Shown here in pieces: positions 61,844 to 64,000 of a stretch of 64,000 nucleotides of DNA. A model generated the notes under the pieces. It was not told the DNA's origin and made no database searches. It saw only the letters and a list, made by a program, of their open reading frames with translations. Source of the stretch: an uncultured Pseudomonadota bacterium (GTDB taxonomy: Bacteria > UBA10199 > JADFYH01); NCBI GenBank assembly GCA_964384365.1, contig CAYLKF010000001.1:124163-188162 (forward strand), given 5' to 3'. Position numbers and translations under genes: made by a program. Position 1 is the stretch's first letter. Each line of letters starts with the position of its first letter.

Positions 61844-62836
61844 TTAAATCAGTCTTCTCACCACAAATTCTCTCAACAATAATTCCAAGAAAAGCAAAGC
61901 AAGAGCTGGCCACAAGAAATAAGGATACAATTGATGATATTCTTGAAAATTTTTAACCTTAGCTTCGCTTTTCTCAAGCTTATCAATGGTTGCATAAATC
62001 TTTTTCAAGCCTTCGGTATCGGTCGCGCGGAAATATTGTCCACCCGTTTGCTGGGCAATTTTCTGCAAGGTTTCTTCATCAATATCGAGCTGCACCATAA
62101 TATGACGCATTCCAAATAAAGTTTGTTCTGGAAAAGGAACAGGCCCTCGCGAACCCACCCCAATCGTGTAAACTTTAATTCCATAAGTCGCCGCCAGCTC
62201 GGCCGCTTTTTCGGGAGTAATGCTACCCGCATTACTTCGACCATCGGTAAGCAAAATAATAATCTTCGATTTGGTAGGGAGATCTTTGAGTCGTTTTACC
62301 GAAAGTGCCAAACCATCTCCGATGGCCGTTGCATCTCCGGCAGCCCCGATTTCGACCTGATCTAGAAAAGAAAGCAATACGTCATAATCTAAAGTGAGGG
62401 GTACTTGGGTGTAGGCCATTTCTCCAAAAATCACCATGCCAATGCGATCGCTCTGACGATTTTTGATAAAGTCGGCCACCACCTGTTTCACAGCGGTGAG
62501 ACGATCTACCTCACGCCCCCCGATTTTAAAATCGAGAGCCTGCATACTTCCCGAGGTATCAATCGTGAGTAAAATATCAACGCCTTCACTCGATACCTCG
62601 GTGCGCAAATCAGCTCGCTCCGGTTTTGCCAAAGCGAAAATCAAGAGACTAAAAGCAAGAACGCGAACCAAAAAAGGAAACCAAAAAACGGCAGGAGTAG
62701 CAGCGTGAGCTAAATCACCTGGCAAACTTAAAGAAGAATACTCCACTTTCACTCGCCGCCGTTTTTTTTCGTAAATAAAAAAAACAGGCACCAAGACGAG
62801 CAAAAGAAGAAATAGAGGATGTTCAAAACGAAACAT
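61844..62836 (-). CDS. batA: BatA-like vWA-domain membrane protein
   Basis: MIDAS motif DTSGSM with flanking TM segments. Confidence 0.75.
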   Translation of the reverse strand: MFRFEHPLFLLLLVLVPVFFIYEKKRRRVKVEYSSLSLPGDLAHAATPAVFWFPFLVRVLAFSLLIFALAKPERADLRTEVSSEGVDILLTIDTSGSMQALDFKIGGREVDRLTAVKQVVADFIKNRQSDRIGMVIFGEMAYTQVPLTLDYDVLLSFLDQVEIGAAGDATAIGDGLALSVKRLKDLPTKSKIIILLTDGRSNAGSITPEKAAELAATYGIKVYTIGVGSRGPVPFPEQTLFGMRHIMVQLDIDEETLQKIAQQTGGQYFRATDTEGLKKIYATIDKLEKSEAKVKNFQEYHQLYPYFLWPALALLFLELLLREFVVRRLI

Positions 62837-62851
62837 AAATAGAGTTTCTTT

Positions 62852-63391
62852 TTAAATCGTGCTGCGAGGCTCGGTTTTCAAAAGCTCTCGAGTCTCTAGC
62901 TTTAAACGCTGCAATTCTTGCCCACTGGGCACAAAACGCGCAAACTTAATCAAGTCGATGGTTTGTAAAAGTTGAATGATTTGCCCTGTTTTCTCCGGCG
63001 CAAAAGAGCCACTGGTTTTGAGTAAAATCATCAATTCTTCGGTTGTGGCATCAATTGCATCGAGCGCAAAACCTTCGTGCAAAAATTCGCGCACAATTTC
63101 ACTTAAGCGAAAGAAATATTTTCGGGTTTGCCCTTTCTCTAACAAGCCTAAACGATCGAGATTCTCTAAAGCTTGGAGAGCGCGTTCATTACAACCCAAG
63201 GTTTTAGGCACAATCGGTATCTCTTTGGGTTTCGAACGGGGAGTTTTCAAAAGTTTCCAAACGAGCAGTGCGAGCAAAAGTAGAAAAAGGAATGCCGCGA
63301 TCCAAAGCGGAAGGCTCGATACATTCTGGAGCGATTTAATATCCAGAATATCGGTCATTTGCTCTAAAGATGGAAGAGATTCAGCAGCCAT
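62852..63391 (-). CDS. DUF4381-like membrane protein of Bat/MoxR operons
   Basis: Single TM helix plus an alpha-helical C-terminal region. Positioned between the DUF58 and BatA genes. Confidence 0.5.
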   Translation of the reverse strand: MAAESLPSLEQMTDILDIKSLQNVSSLPLWIAAFLFLLLLALLVWKLLKTPRSKPKEIPIVPKTLGCNERALQALENLDRLGLLEKGQTRKYFFRLSEIVREFLHEGFALDAIDATTEELMILLKTSGSFAPEKTGQIIQLLQTIDLIKFARFVPSGQELQRLKLETRELLKTEPRSTI

Positions 63392-63450
63392 TTATTCACT
63401 TCAGACGAGCCCAAAACGCCTAGCCGTTAGGTAGCTTTAGGCTCGTCTTC

Positions 63451-64000
63451 TCATCGTTTCTTTTCTCGTTCTCTAAAAAGGCGAAGTAAGGCATTCACAT
63501 AATCTTGATCTGCCGAAATCGGGCACGCATCAATGCCTAAGAGTTGAAAGCGATTAAATAAGGCATTCAATCTTTCGCCCTGCTGGGGCTTAAAATTTTT
63601 CTGAAACAAATAAGAGCTCGTATTCACCCAGGCCTGCTTGCCACTTTCCAAATCCGAAAGCAGCATCCACCCCAAAGGAGGAATTTGTTTTTCACGGGGA
63701 TCAATCAAAACCAAAGAAATCAAATCGTGACGGCGCGAAGCAATGCCCAGCGCTTTTTCAAAATCAGGGGCAATAAAATCAGAAATTAAAAAACAAACCG
63801 CTTTGCGAGGAAGCACTCGCGATAGAAATTCGAGCGCATTGGCAAGATTACTTCCCTTTCCTTTGGGTTTAAAGGTTAAGACCTCACGAATCACCTGCCA
63901 AACGTGTCCTGCCCCTTTTTTAGGAGGAATATATTTTTCCACTTCATCGGTAAAAGTAATAAACCCTACTTTATCGTTACTTTTAATCGCTGCATAAGCC
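63451..64000 (-). CDS. DUF58-family protein (C-terminal part; the gene continues beyond the window end)
   Basis: The reading frame stays open to position 64000. It is the vWA-like DUF58 C-terminus typical of MoxR–DUF58–Bat operons. Confidence 0.6.
   Translation of the reverse strand, partial: AYAAIKSNDKVGFITFTDEVEKYIPPKKGAGHVWQVIREVLTFKPKGKGSNLANALEFLSRVLPRKAVCFLISDFIAPDFEKALGIASRRHDLISLVLIDPREKQIPPLGWMLLSDLESGKQAWVNTSSYLFQKNFKPQQGERLNALFNRFQLLGIDACPISADQDYVNALLRLFREREKKR

Overview
The window is a 64-kb bacterial chromosomal segment with no rRNA, tRNA or CRISPR that I could find. The genes are densely packed, and most are housekeeping or respiratory.

Recognisable housekeeping genes:
- An aldo/keto reductase, tRNA-dihydrouridine synthase, Maf and a short-chain dehydrogenase.
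- PurA, SerA with an adjacent class-V aminotransferase (SerC-like), ArgG, LeuS, HolA, NadB, PyrE and PgsA.
- A BolA–Grx4 pair and a TetR regulator divergent from a fatty-acid hydroxylase.

A large minus-strand respiratory supercluster runs in this order:
- ActA, ActB, ActC, ActD, ActE and ActF of Alternative Complex III.
- An SCO1 copper chaperone.
- caa3-type cytochrome oxidase CoxB, CoxA, CoxC and a subunit-IV fused to a c-type cytochrome.
- Heme A synthase CtaA and heme O synthase CtaB.

The window ends with a DUF2950/DUF3300 pair and a Bat (aerotolerance-type) operon: BatE, BatD, BatB, BatA, DUF4381 and a truncated DUF58.

The most interesting items:
1. An intergenic ~134-bp element with 12-bp terminal inverted repeats and a conserved core, present in three full copies and one fragment. 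Each full copy sits just 5' of a plus-strand gene start, and copy B carries compensatory changes in its terminal stem. This suggests a structured RNA or MITE.
2. A five-gene operon: a P-loop kinase fused to dCMP deaminase, a D-2-hydroxyacid dehydrogenase, a PGM/PMM-family mutase, an archaeal-type thymidine/AMP phosphorylase homologue, and an MFS transporter. I read it as a candidate nucleoside/pentose-phosphate salvage pathway, preceded by a cluster of DnaA-box-like 9-mers.
3. An HtpX-like M48 metalloprotease carrying a C-terminal T2SS GspG-like pseudopilin globular domain.
4. Inverted arrays of degenerate heptamers (TAAGGTN… then …NACCTTA) immediately 5' of the purA, argG and ctaA start codons.
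5. Two further REP-like hairpin repeat families.
6. A small accessory patch (28.4–31.3 kb) with an orphan Arg-rich protein, a poly-G tract, a PIN toxin–antitoxin pair and a DUF4442 protein.

All calls come from reading motifs in the supplied translations and the DNA. No database searches were run.
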